A DNA stretch of 64,000 bases, taken from contig LBWB01000009.1 of NCBI GenBank assembly GCA_000993405.1, positions 77,848 to 141,847 on the forward strand. The letters are read 5' to 3'. Origin of the DNA: Candidatus Woesebacteria bacterium GW2011_GWB1_39_12 (lineage in GTDB: Bacteria > Patescibacteriota > Microgenomatia > UBA8517). The notes beneath the pieces are model-generated. The model saw only the letters and a program-made list of their open reading frames with translations. It was not told the origin of the DNA and did no database searches. Below, in pieces: positions 9,738-19,412 of this stretch. Both the position numbers and the translations under genes were made by a program. How positions within the stretch are numbered: the stretch's first letter is position 1; each line of letters starts with the position of its first letter.

Positions 9738-10371
9738 TTTTATTTCTTTCTGACATGAACCTTTGGAAATCGGAAATTATTTGTTGTGTATTTTGTTCAG
9801 ATATCTTATGAATTATATCTGTGGTTGAAAGAAAAGGATCCTGTCTTGGGGTACGGAAAACTTGTCCTCCTATTTCGGTCATTGCTATAACTTCCGCTTT
9901 GGTTTCAATATCGCCCTCCCAACTTCCTTCAACACACAGGTAGGTATCAGGTTTTAAGATTCTTATTACCTCGGCTCCATTATCTTCAGGAAAAGGAGTA
10001 ATATAATCCACAAACTGTATAAAACTTAGCATTTCCGCTCTCTCACTCTCTCTCAAAACAGGTCGATTTGGTCCCTTCAGTCTCTTTACAGATTCGTCAG
10101 TGTTGAGTCCTACAAAAAGCACGTTTCCCAATGATCTTGCCAACTCCAAATACCTGGCATGTCCAATATGGACCATATCAAAAACACCAGTTGTAAATGA
10201 TAGTTTGTATCCTCTTCTTCTCAAGAAATCGCCTACTGAAGCAAGTTCCCCTCTAGGTATTAATTTATTTTGTAATAATGGGTGTGTTTCCTTTGTTGAA
10301 TTTCCTTCAAGAAAATGAATACTTACCTCATTTCCTCCTATCTTAACCTTTAATCCAAGCGGTCTTTCCAT
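9730..10371 (-). CDS. Cytidylyltransferase-family protein (RfaE domain II / TagD-like)
   Basis: GVFDMVHIGH, GLNTDESVKRLKGPNRP, STTDII. Confidence 0.88.
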   Translation of the reverse strand: MERPLGLKVKIGGNEVSIHFLEGNSTKETHPLLQNKLIPRGELASVGDFLRRRGYKLSFTTGVFDMVHIGHARYLELARSLGNVLFVGLNTDESVKRLKGPNRPVLRESERAEMLSFIQFVDYITPFPEDNGAEVIRILKPDTYLCVEGSWEGDIETKAEVIAMTEIGGQVFRTPRQDPFLSTTDIIHKISEQNTQQIISDFQRFMSERNKSA

Positions 10372-10474
10372 GCTTACAAAGATAGTTATTATCAAAAAAA
10401 AGGAGTTGTTACAAGCTCCAAAATTTCATATACAGTTCTGAACAAATTTTTATAACTTAGTACTCGCTAACCAA

Positions 10475-11389
10475 TCATACCCTAGTCGAAGCAAGATAAT
10501 CTTTCCAAAACTCTTTGATCATAATTTCTGTCCAAGTTTCAATTTTGGGTTCTTTTCCCCTATTCCAATCACCCTGTCTTTTTTCCATCTCTTCTTCCAC
10601 TTTACTAAATGGAACCCACCAAGCTTTTGCAATCTCACTTGTAGGAAATGTTAAATGACTGACTACTCGGGAGTTAATCTCTAAAACTGCCGCAATGCCT
10701 GTGTGCACCCAACCAACTTGTACTGGTAATAACGGGTCTTCAATCCTTTTATCGTAAAATGCGCCCAATAGTTTTAAATTTTCAACTCCGTCTCTGGTTA
10801 TCCCTATTTCTTCTTCAACCTCACTGAAAAAACCACGATTCAAACCTAAAACTGTCCCAACTTCATCTTGAACGGCGGGTAGTAAACCTTTAAGAAAGAT
10901 AAGTTCTTCACGGCTTATTGATATATCTTCTTGAGTTTTATGTCCGCCAAAACCAACTGTAAAACGACCCTGAAGTCGTGGATCACCAATAAACTTTCTA
11001 CCTTTTTTAGCTTCGGGACTTGAACGTTGATACCAAAGAAGATTTTCTTGACAGGTAACCATGGTATAAATAATTATTTGCTGTCTAGTAGGATCATTTT
11101 CTAAACCATTCTCGCCATATCTTCTCGCAACATCACCGTATTTAAATACAACTTTCAAAACTTCTGGTACATTTCGAGTTACTAAAACATCCGGAGAAAA
11201 AAAGGAAGGCAAAAACTCTGTTCTGTCATTGAATAAAACTTCGGTTGGCACAAAAAGCGATGTCTTATCAAGAGTTGGTAAAGCTTCTTTTTCAGACTTG
11301 ATAGAAACCGGAATTGGAAGCATAAACGTCTTTTTGCCTTGTTTCGCTTCTGCGCTTCTTTCTGTCACCATTTTCTTTTTTTTACCCAT
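10475..11389 (-). CDS. NUDIX-fold phosphoesterase-like protein
   Basis: QIIIY, YQR, GFGGH, SEVEEEIG, VHTG. Confidence 0.7.
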   Translation of the reverse strand: MGKKKKMVTERSAEAKQGKKTFMLPIPVSIKSEKEALPTLDKTSLFVPTEVLFNDRTEFLPSFFSPDVLVTRNVPEVLKVVFKYGDVARRYGENGLENDPTRQQIIIYTMVTCQENLLWYQRSSPEAKKGRKFIGDPRLQGRFTVGFGGHKTQEDISISREELIFLKGLLPAVQDEVGTVLGLNRGFFSEVEEEIGITRDGVENLKLLGAFYDKRIEDPLLPVQVGWVHTGIAAVLEINSRVVSHLTFPTSEIAKAWWVPFSKVEEEMEKRQGDWNRGKEPKIETWTEIMIKEFWKDYLASTRV

Positions 11390-11613
11390 TAAAAACCTCC
11401 TTGTTAAAGGAGGGCAGTAATTTGTCTATTTTACAACAAATAAAGTTTTTTAGAAGTATTATTATTTACTTTTAAGGGACAGCTCCTACGAGGTGTATAT
11501 AGTTTTAATTAATTAATTTCCCTTTCTGAACCTGTAGCGTTTTCTCTCTCCGCTCTGGGTTTTCGCCGAGTCTAACTCGGCTTACGCCAGCTGGCCATTT
11601 GCGTTCTGGGGTC

Positions 11614-12099
11614 TTAACAAATTTCATTAATCACCTCAGTGGAATATGATTTACCGTCGATCCAATCTCTAATTGCTGGAATATTATATTCAGGTTTATA
11701 TAATTTATTTTCTTCTATCAGCTTTTCTAATTCCGAAGTACTGAAATAATTAAAACCGGTTATTTCAAACCCGTCTGGCGTTACTTCACCTTCAACAATT
11801 TCTCCTCTGAAAACAAACCCTAAACCGGTTGCATCATCTCCCCGATCAGTTGGATAAATCCTAATTAGATCTAAAAGGTTTATTTCAACTCCGATTTCTT
11901 CCTTGGCTTCCCTTTTCGCAGTCATCATAGGATCTTCGTGTGGTTTCATTTTGCCGGAAGGGGGTGCCCATGCAAACTTTTCTTCCTCTATTTTCTTTTT
12001 TAAAAGGAGCAGTCTCCCTTCTCTATCCCCGATAAAAACACCGCTTGAAACACTTACTGGCAGTTTTTCTCTCGAGGATATCCTTTCTTTAGACATCAA
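11614..12099 (-). CDS. NUDIX hydrolase
   Basis: Nudix box G.....ED...TAKREAKEEIG. Confidence 0.9.
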   Translation of the reverse strand: MMSKERISSREKLPVSVSSGVFIGDREGRLLLLKKKIEEEKFAWAPPSGKMKPHEDPMMTAKREAKEEIGVEINLLDLIRIYPTDRGDDATGLGFVFRGEIVEGEVTPDGFEITGFNYFSTSELEKLIEENKLYKPEYNIPAIRDWIDGKSYSTEVINEIC

Positions 12100-12460
12100 G
12101 AGTAAAATGCTTACATTCTTCTGAACCAGGATCAGTAAACATCTCTCCTAAATTTTTCCCTAATCCTTTAGCGATTCTCTGCGCAAGTTCGATGTCCATG
12201 GCGGCCATTGGACTCGAACCATCTCTCAACATATATAAGTAATAACGCATGGTATCAAAAACCTTGGCAGCTTTTTTAATTCCACCCAAATCACCAATTC
12301 CGCTTTCCAAATTTCCACGAAAATTTTCAAGTAATCGCTGAACTTCCTCTTCAGAGACCTCGTTACCAGTTGCGTCCTTGTATCTTCTCGCTTGCTCCTG
12401 TATAACCATTCCTAAACTCGGATTGGGTTTTTTAATTTCTTCTGGAGACATACTTGTCAC
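12089..12460 (-). CDS. Hypothetical protein
   Basis: 123-aa ORF overlapping the NUDIX start. Confidence 0.55.
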   Translation of the reverse strand: MTSMSPEEIKKPNPSLGMVIQEQARRYKDATGNEVSEEEVQRLLENFRGNLESGIGDLGGIKKAAKVFDTMRYYLYMLRDGSSPMAAMDIELAQRIAKGLGKNLGEMFTDPGSEECKHFTLDV

Positions 12461-12500
12461 CTTTAAGGGTTCCTTTAAGGGTCGTGCCCTATAAGGTACG

Positions 12501-12755
12501 CTAATCGTACGGTGGCATGTGATCGATTGAGTTTTCTCTAAAATAATTATCTATTTTTTCATCTCGCATTTTTAAAGCCAGATTTATTTCATCATCAGTT
12601 AAATCCTTCCGAGCAGCTGCTAAATTTTCATTCTCTAACCATACCTCAACTGAAAAATGGTTTGTATATAAAATTCTCGCAAGTTTTTCAGCCAGACCCA
12701 CTCGAACCCCCGCCTTTTCTCCGGTTAGCAAATCGATTCTTTCTGACATATTCAT
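12501..12755 (-). CDS. Hypothetical protein
   Basis: 84-aa ORF co-oriented with neighbours. Confidence 0.5.
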   Translation of the reverse strand: MNMSERIDLLTGEKAGVRVGLAEKLARILYTNHFSVEVWLENENLAAARKDLTDDEINLALKMRDEKIDNYFRENSIDHMPPYD

Positions 12756-12829
12756 GCAAATATAACTTTATAAAAATAATAAAGCTTGACTTAATCCGTT
12801 GGGCATCTTTGACTTGTTTTTGACATTTT

Positions 12830-13927
12830 TTGACAACCTTGTTCCATTCTGGTATAAACCTAATCCTAAATAGGATTTTTGACATGAATCAGGCTTATTT
12901 TGAAACTTTGTCCAAGGATTATTTTGGTAACCTTTACCAAAAAGTTTGCAGTGCATTAACTAAAGGTGAAAATGTTTGCATTTCCGTGATACCTGGTTTT
13001 GGAGAAAAAACAATTTTTAATTTCCTGAATTTTAATTTCAAAAACGACAAACTGTTTAACGAAATTTATATTTATGATCCCGAATTGGAAAATGAAAGTA
13101 TTATCGACTATACCAAAAAATTGGAATCCCATAAAACTTCTAAAACTAAACTTCTCATTATCAGATTCTTTGAACAAATTGAAAAAAAGAGAGAGACTTT
13201 GGAAAAACTTGATAACATCAGAAGGAAAAATCCAAAGAGTCTCACCTATTTAGCCGTTTCCAATCAAGAAGCTTTTTTAAATCCCTCCTCGCACCAGGCA
13301 TTAACAACGGTGTTCTTTTCTGAACTAATTTATTTTTCTCCTTTTGATTTTGCTCACACAGAAAAAATGGTTGAGTCGTTGGCGTCTTATTATGGCTGGA
13401 AAATTGAGCCTTCCAGCTACAAAGAAATTTATAATTTGTCTGGTGGAATCCCTAGAATTATAAAATACTTAACTAAAGAGCTTTATGAATCTCGAATCCC
13501 GCTAGCCAATAAAGACAAGTTAACACTAATTCCCCAAATCGGCTTTCAACTTAGACTTATGACAAGAATTTTGATTACCTATGATCAAAAACAAATTCAA
13601 TTGATGGGATTAATCGATGAAAAATACCGATTGAAATCAGGACTTTTAAAATACTTCTTAAAAAATTTCAGAAGCGATATGATTAGCAACCTCTACCCAC
13701 AGCTAGGTGACACCGAAACAAAGATTCTGTCTTTTTTCAGCGAGAAGGAAAGTAAAATTGTAACTTTAGATAATTTAGCCCACTTAATGAAGATGTCTGA
13801 TGATGATTTTTCCTTATGGGCAATTTATAAGTTAATATCGCGCCTTAAAGTGAAAGTAAAAAATAACTTTAATATAAAAAATCTCAAAGGCCGAGGGTAT
13901 ATTCTTAGTAAATCAGTGAATCAATAA
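12830..13927 (+). CDS. Degenerate AAA-like domain + C-terminal winged-helix (OmpR/PhoB-type) regulator
   Basis: PGFGEKT, LSGGIPR, ISRLK.K...IKNLKGRGY. Confidence 0.7.
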   Translation: MTTLFHSGINLILNRIFDMNQAYFETLSKDYFGNLYQKVCSALTKGENVCISVIPGFGEKTIFNFLNFNFKNDKLFNEIYIYDPELENESIIDYTKKLESHKTSKTKLLIIRFFEQIEKKRETLEKLDNIRRKNPKSLTYLAVSNQEAFLNPSSHQALTTVFFSELIYFSPFDFAHTEKMVESLASYYGWKIEPSSYKEIYNLSGGIPRIIKYLTKELYESRIPLANKDKLTLIPQIGFQLRLMTRILITYDQKQIQLMGLIDEKYRLKSGLLKYFLKNFRSDMISNLYPQLGDTETKILSFFSEKESKIVTLDNLAHLMKMSDDDFSLWAIYKLISRLKVKVKNNFNIKNLKGRGYILSKSVNQ

Positions 13928-13928
13928 G

Positions 13929-14294
13929 TCATGAGTTAAATTTTGTAGATATTGATGAGAAGATCTTCACAAATTCTTTTGCTTCACGAAGTAATTCAGT
14001 TAATTCGTTTGTAAAATTTGGATTAATTTCAATTAATAATTCTAACCAGTACAAGGTTTCTTTAGACTCTTTCTTGCAAATTCTTATTTTGTGAACAAAA
14101 TCTTTGCCAGACTCCGCTTCACAAGCCTCTCTATAATTCGCACCTATAGAAGTACCCGAACGGATAGTCTGTTTTATTAATATTTCATTTGGAATTGTTT
14201 TGGGAAATCTACTTAATACTTCGATTAAATTTAATGAGAAATCTTTTGTTCTTTTTTGCATCTTCTCTCTAAATTCTGTATTTTTATATACCAT
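13929..14294 (-). CDS. Four helix bundle protein (23S IVS/TIGR02436-like)
   Basis: Q..RSGTSIGANYREA, KESKET.YWL; flanked by heptamer repeats. Confidence 0.9.
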   Translation of the reverse strand: MVYKNTEFREKMQKRTKDFSLNLIEVLSRFPKTIPNEILIKQTIRSGTSIGANYREACEAESGKDFVHKIRICKKESKETLYWLELLIEINPNFTNELTELLREAKEFVKIFSSISTKFNS

Positions 14295-14306
14295 TGACTT
14301 ATTGAC

Positions 14307-16352
14307 TCACTGACTAACTGATTTACTATCAGATGGTTTTTTCCAAGAAGCCCATTTACAGTCGGGGTAGCGGGAACAGCCGAAGAATTTTCGACCGGTT
14401 TTTGTATTTCTTATAATGACATCCCCTTTAGCGCACTTAGGACATTTCATACCAAGCTTTTCTAAATACTTTTCGGTGTGTTTGCATTCGGGAAAGAGTG
14501 AGCAGGAAATAAATTTGCCAAAACGTCCTGTTCTTATAACCAATTCACCTTGTTTATCTCCAACCCTTCCTTCTTTCTCGCAAGTTGGGCATTTTTTTCC
14601 AAGTTTTTCAGCCTCAATTTTTACTCTTTTAGAATTTTTCTCGACGTCTACCAATTTTTTATCAAAAGGGGCATAAAATACTTTCATCATTTTTTCCCAT
14701 TCCAATTCCCCTTTTGCAATATCGTCCAATTCTTTTTCCATCTCTGCCGTAAATGAATAATCAACAATATCTTTAAAATTCGTGACCAAAAAATCATTTA
14801 CCGCAACGCCGATAGGGGTCGGTATGAACTTTCCCTCCTCTTTTTCGACATAATTTCTTACCTGTATTGTTGTTATTATCGGAGCATAAGTCGAAGGTCT
14901 ACCGATTCCGAGAGCTTCCAAAGTTTTAATCAACGACGCTTCGTTATAACGAGGGGGTGGTTGGGTAAATTTCTGTTCTGATAACACTTTTAACAGATCC
15001 AATAGTTCATCTTTTTCGACCAAAGGCAACTCCGGCTCTTCTTCTTTGGTTAATGGTATTATTTTTCTCCATCCGTCAAACTTCAGAACTTGCCCGGAAG
15101 CTCGTAAAAAATACACCTCCGAGGTGTGAATGTTTTTCACCTCGGAGGTGATACTGGCTTCAATGTCAATTATTGTTTCGTCAAAAACACAAGCTGCCAT
15201 CTGACAGGCAACAAAGCGCTTCCAAATAAGTTGATAAAGCTTCTCGAAATCATTACTAAATTTTCCATCTGTAATTTGTAATTTGTCATTTGTAATTTCA
15301 ACATTAGTCGGCCTGATTGCCTCATGGGCTTCTTGTGCAAGTTTGGAAGTTCTTTTAAAAAACCGTGGTTTCTCGGGCAAATAGTTTGCACCATATGTCT
15401 TGCCTATATATTCCCGGGCTTTTTCAACCGCAGTCGCAGCCAAATTCACCGAATCGGTCCTGTGATAAGTAATTAAGCCCTCTTCATAAAGCCTTTGGGC
15501 AATACTCATTGTTCTTTTGGCCGACCAGCCAAAAAGTCTGGCTCCTGCTTGAGTCATGGTTGATGTTGTAAAAGGGGGATACGGAGACTTAACTACTTCG
15601 CGTTTTCGTACATCGAAAACTTTATAACCGGATTTTTCAAGATCGGAAACTACAGATTTTGCATTTTCTTCATTTTTGATTTCAGCTTTTTTGTCATTTA
15701 TTTTAATCAACTGAACGGTAAATTCGCCATCTTTTACCTCTTGCCTTTTACCTTTTACCTGACAAAAGATTTCCCAATATTCATCCGATTTAAAAGCCTC
15801 TATTTCTCTTTCTCTCTCTACAATCAAGCGTACCGTAACCGATTGTACTCGTCCGGCAGACAAACCTCGACGAATTTTTTTCCATAAAAGCGGCGAAAGC
15901 TTATAACCCACAAGTCTATCCAAAACGCGCCTTGCAATCTGGGCGTCGACTAAATTCTTGTCTATATCCCTAGGATGAGCAATTGCTTCCTCTACCGCCT
16001 CTTTTGTAATCTCATGAAAAACGATCCTTCGGGGGTGATCGCTGATATGTGATCGGTGATCGGTGAGAATTTCTTTAACGTGTTGAGCTATAGCTTCTCC
16101 TTCACGGTCAGGGTCCGTTGCTAAAAATATTTGCTTTGCTTTCTTCCCCTCCTCCTCAATTTTTTTGATCGTATCTTTCTTCTTTTCGACCAATAAATAC
16201 TTTGGTTCAAAATTCTTTTCTATGTCAACCGCCAACTCACTTTTAGGAAGATCCTTAATGTGTCCCGTTGTGGCCTCCACAGAATAATCGTTCCCCAAAA
16301 AACGGGACAAAGTTTTAGCCTTTGTTGGTGATTCGACAATAATTAAATTCAT
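14307..16352 (-). CDS. topA: DNA topoisomerase I
   Basis: IVESPTK, ATDPDREGEAI, SAGRVQS, ITYHRTDS, zinc ribbons. Confidence 0.97.
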   Translation of the reverse strand: MNLIIVESPTKAKTLSRFLGNDYSVEATTGHIKDLPKSELAVDIEKNFEPKYLLVEKKKDTIKKIEEEGKKAKQIFLATDPDREGEAIAQHVKEILTDHRSHISDHPRRIVFHEITKEAVEEAIAHPRDIDKNLVDAQIARRVLDRLVGYKLSPLLWKKIRRGLSAGRVQSVTVRLIVEREREIEAFKSDEYWEIFCQVKGKRQEVKDGEFTVQLIKINDKKAEIKNEENAKSVVSDLEKSGYKVFDVRKREVVKSPYPPFTTSTMTQAGARLFGWSAKRTMSIAQRLYEEGLITYHRTDSVNLAATAVEKAREYIGKTYGANYLPEKPRFFKRTSKLAQEAHEAIRPTNVEITNDKLQITDGKFSNDFEKLYQLIWKRFVACQMAACVFDETIIDIEASITSEVKNIHTSEVYFLRASGQVLKFDGWRKIIPLTKEEEPELPLVEKDELLDLLKVLSEQKFTQPPPRYNEASLIKTLEALGIGRPSTYAPIITTIQVRNYVEKEEGKFIPTPIGVAVNDFLVTNFKDIVDYSFTAEMEKELDDIAKGELEWEKMMKVFYAPFDKKLVDVEKNSKRVKIEAEKLGKKCPTCEKEGRVGDKQGELVIRTGRFGKFISCSLFPECKHTEKYLEKLGMKCPKCAKGDVIIRNTKTGRKFFGCSRYPDCKWASWKKPSDSKSVSQ

Positions 16353-16458
16353 AAACGAATAATTTTTATTTTACCAATTTTTAATTTTCAATGAATTTTC
16401 AATTAGTTAATTTATTAATTAAATATTGAATAAAAATTAGAAATTAAGAATTAGAAAT

Positions 16459-17541
16459 TTAAACCTTTTTGTATACCCCATTACCAATATTCTTCACTAT
16501 CCCTTTTAATTCCATAACAGTAAGTTTCCCTGAAATTTCAGAAACTTTCAACCCTGATATTCTAGCGCATTCGTCAAGATGCAAGGGTTCATTTGTCAGA
16601 ATTTCAATTATTTTCTTCTCATCTGCGTCAGTCGGCATAACCTTGTTAACGGCGTCTCTATCAACTTTAAGCTGTAAATCCAGTTCCTCCAAAATATCAT
16701 TAACACTCGTAACCATTTTGGCTCCGTTTTTAATCAAATAATGCGAAGCTGCTGACATTGGAGACGTAATCTGGCCGGGAACCGCAAAAACGGTCCTTCC
16801 TTGTTCGGCCGCATGTTTTGCTGTATGAATTGTTCCGCTTTTAATCATTCCTTCAACAACAATAACGGCTTTGCTCAGACCCGAAATTATTCGATTTCTG
16901 AAAGGGAAAAAATACCGTTGTGCCTCGGTTCCCGGAGGAAACTCCGAAACTATCGCCCCACCTGTCTTTATTATTTCCAAACCTAACCATTCATTAGACC
17001 TTGGGGTTAGTTCGTCAACTCCCGAAGCCAATACCGCAACACACCTTCCTCCTACACTAAGTACGCTTTTATGGGCTTCTAAATCCACGCCGAATGCAAG
17101 GCCCGAAACAATCGTTATTCCCAAAGACGCCAGTTCAGAGGATAATTTTTGCGTTACCTCTCTACCATAAGAAGTCATTTTCCGGCTGCCTACAATAGCC
17201 ACCGAGTTGGTGTCATTTTTACTTAATTTCCCCCTTATATATAAAACCAACGGGGCGTCGTCCAGATCTCTCAAATTTTCCGGGTAACTATCATCGTTTA
17301 TTGTGATTACATCAATTGAATGCTTCTTTAATCTATCAAAGTACTCTTGAGAGTTAAAATCTCTCTTATATCTTCCAAAGTCTTCAACAATATTTTTCTT
17401 CAGACCTATTTCGACTAAACTTTTACTGTTAGCATTCCAAGCATCTTTAGCACTACCAAAATACTGAATCAGAAGATTTGTCCTCGCGGGACCAAAGTAG
17501 ATAAATGCGTACAAAGCAATCAGATATTCACGGTCAGTCAT
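16459..17541 (-). CDS. dprA: DNA-protecting protein DprA
   Basis: AIVGSR, IVSGLAFGVD, FPFRNRIISGLS. Confidence 0.96.
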   Translation of the reverse strand: MTDREYLIALYAFIYFGPARTNLLIQYFGSAKDAWNANSKSLVEIGLKKNIVEDFGRYKRDFNSQEYFDRLKKHSIDVITINDDSYPENLRDLDDAPLVLYIRGKLSKNDTNSVAIVGSRKMTSYGREVTQKLSSELASLGITIVSGLAFGVDLEAHKSVLSVGGRCVAVLASGVDELTPRSNEWLGLEIIKTGGAIVSEFPPGTEAQRYFFPFRNRIISGLSKAVIVVEGMIKSGTIHTAKHAAEQGRTVFAVPGQITSPMSAASHYLIKNGAKMVTSVNDILEELDLQLKVDRDAVNKVMPTDADEKKIIEILTNEPLHLDECARISGLKVSEISGKLTVMELKGIVKNIGNGVYKKV

Positions 17542-17549
17542 ATACCGAA

Positions 17550-17690
17550 TCAGAAATCCTAAACTCTAAATCCGAAATCCTAAATAAACTCAAAATTCAA
17601 AATTACAATGCTCTATGCGGTTTGAAACATTTGAATTTGGAAATTAAAATTTGTTTAGAATTTAGAAATTAGGATTTGGAATTTTAGTCT
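17550..17690. repeat. Inverted heptamer repeat arrays
   Basis: aaatcct/aaactct/aaatccg units opposed by aggattt/agaattt units. Confidence 0.65.
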
Positions 17691-17700
17691 GGTTTTAAAA

Positions 17701-19317
17701 TCACTCTTTTATATTAGAAAATTCATTCGACACTTTAAACCAGTAGTCGAATATTTCCCTTGCAATCGGTCCTGCAACACGCGAGCCTTCTCCGCCATTT
17801 TCTATCAAAATAGTGGCAATTATTTGAGGATCCTCAAGTGGCGCGAATGCCACAAACCAGGCGTGCGGATCACTATTTTCAGTTTCGGCTGTACCCGTTT
17901 TACAACCAACATCAATTCCAGTTTTTTCTTTAAAATCAAAAAAAGTAAAGCCGGTCCCACCCGTACTACACGCCTGTCTCATTCCCTCTTTAACCAAATC
18001 AATATTTTCTTTTTCAACTCCCAAGTTTTTGCACCCGCCTGCATCGCTATGCGAAGCATTGCGGGCAGGTTGGAAATCTTCTAATTCTGAAGAGGAAACA
18101 AGATGGGGTTGGCAATACTCTCCGCCATTTGCAATGGTAGCAATCGCTGCATTAACCCCCAGAGGAGTCAAAGCAATATCTCCCTGTCCGATTGACATAT
18201 GATAGGTATTTCCCAAAAACCAGCGCTCGCCCTTGGTCCTCATTTTCCAGGCCGGACCTGGAACCAAACCTGCAACCTCACCGGGGATATCGATACCTGT
18301 TTTTTCGTCAAGCGAAAATTTGTGTGCCCAATCACCGAGTTTCTCAACACCGATAATTTCCCCTAAAGTATAAAAAAAGGTGTCGGTTGACCTTGCAATT
18401 GCCCGCTCTAGACCAATCTTACCTTCCCTCCCTCCATACTGATTAAAAAACCAGTTGGTATAGGAAAAAGTCCCGTACAAAGTTTTAATGGTTATGACAC
18501 CCGTATCTTCAAAGGTAAAATTCTTGTCGATTTTCTCTTCTTCTAGAGCTGCAATTGCAACAATCGGCTTAAAAGTAGATCCCGGGTGATATACTCCGCC
18601 CATCACTCTATTAAACAAAGGTAAATTGACGTCTTGAAACAAATCCGAAATTTGATTTTGATTATCCTTAGTTATGAATAGGTTAGGATCATAAGAAGGC
18701 GAAGAAAAAAGCCCAAAAATTTCCCCATTTGCGTCACTTACAACCACCGCTCCCTTTTTGCCTTCCAACGATTGAGCGATCTTTTTTTGTAATCCATAAT
18801 CAACAGTTGTCTTCAGGTCTCTTCCTTGCCTCGGTTTTACTTTTCCTAAAATTCTTACCTTTCGGCCCATCGCGTCAACTTCGACCAACTCCTCGCCTTC
18901 ATATCCCGAAAGAGATTTTCCCAATTCTTCTTCGGAAACTTCACCCAAATAGCCAGATAAGTGAGCAAAATCGGCCCCCATCGGATAGTTTCTAACCCAC
19001 TCGGAAATCAATTCTGAGGAGTCCCCTTCTTTTACTTCTTCTTTTCTAACTCCTTCGGTTTCGTCGAAAATCAGCCTCATTTTTACCTCCTTACTGTCGA
19101 CTAAGATTTCTCCACCCCGCGCCAGAATTTTTCCCCGGGGAGCGGAAATCGGAATTCTCCTTATCCTGTTCTCTTCGGCCAGAGCCTTAAAATACCTTCC
19201 CCGGATTATCTGTAAGTCGATAAGTCTTCCAAAAAGAACCAGAAACCCCAAAATTAAAACTCCACGTAAAAACCAAACTAACCAACTTTGAATTTTTGTT
19301 GAGGACAGTGTCTGCAT
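17701..19317 (-). CDS. mrdA: Penicillin-binding protein 2 (class B)
   Basis: N-terminal TM, APRG.I, PGSTFKP, KTGTAE. Confidence 0.92.
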   Translation of the reverse strand: MQTLSSTKIQSWLVWFLRGVLILGFLVLFGRLIDLQIIRGRYFKALAEENRIRRIPISAPRGKILARGGEILVDSKEVKMRLIFDETEGVRKEEVKEGDSSELISEWVRNYPMGADFAHLSGYLGEVSEEELGKSLSGYEGEELVEVDAMGRKVRILGKVKPRQGRDLKTTVDYGLQKKIAQSLEGKKGAVVVSDANGEIFGLFSSPSYDPNLFITKDNQNQISDLFQDVNLPLFNRVMGGVYHPGSTFKPIVAIAALEEEKIDKNFTFEDTGVITIKTLYGTFSYTNWFFNQYGGREGKIGLERAIARSTDTFFYTLGEIIGVEKLGDWAHKFSLDEKTGIDIPGEVAGLVPGPAWKMRTKGERWFLGNTYHMSIGQGDIALTPLGVNAAIATIANGGEYCQPHLVSSSELEDFQPARNASHSDAGGCKNLGVEKENIDLVKEGMRQACSTGGTGFTFFDFKEKTGIDVGCKTGTAETENSDPHAWFVAFAPLEDPQIIATILIENGGEGSRVAGPIAREIFDYWFKVSNEFSNIKE

Positions 19318-19412
19318 AATAGCGATGCTAATATACTACTTTTCGCATCATTCGAGTTTTGATTCGCACTATTCGCATCGAGTTAAATACCGCTGGGATT
19401 GCACGTCAATAT

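Noticed and set aside
13929-14294. Diversity-generating retroelement (Avd-like four-helix bundle)
   Set aside because: No reverse transcriptase and no TR/VR pair with adenine-specific mismatches in the window
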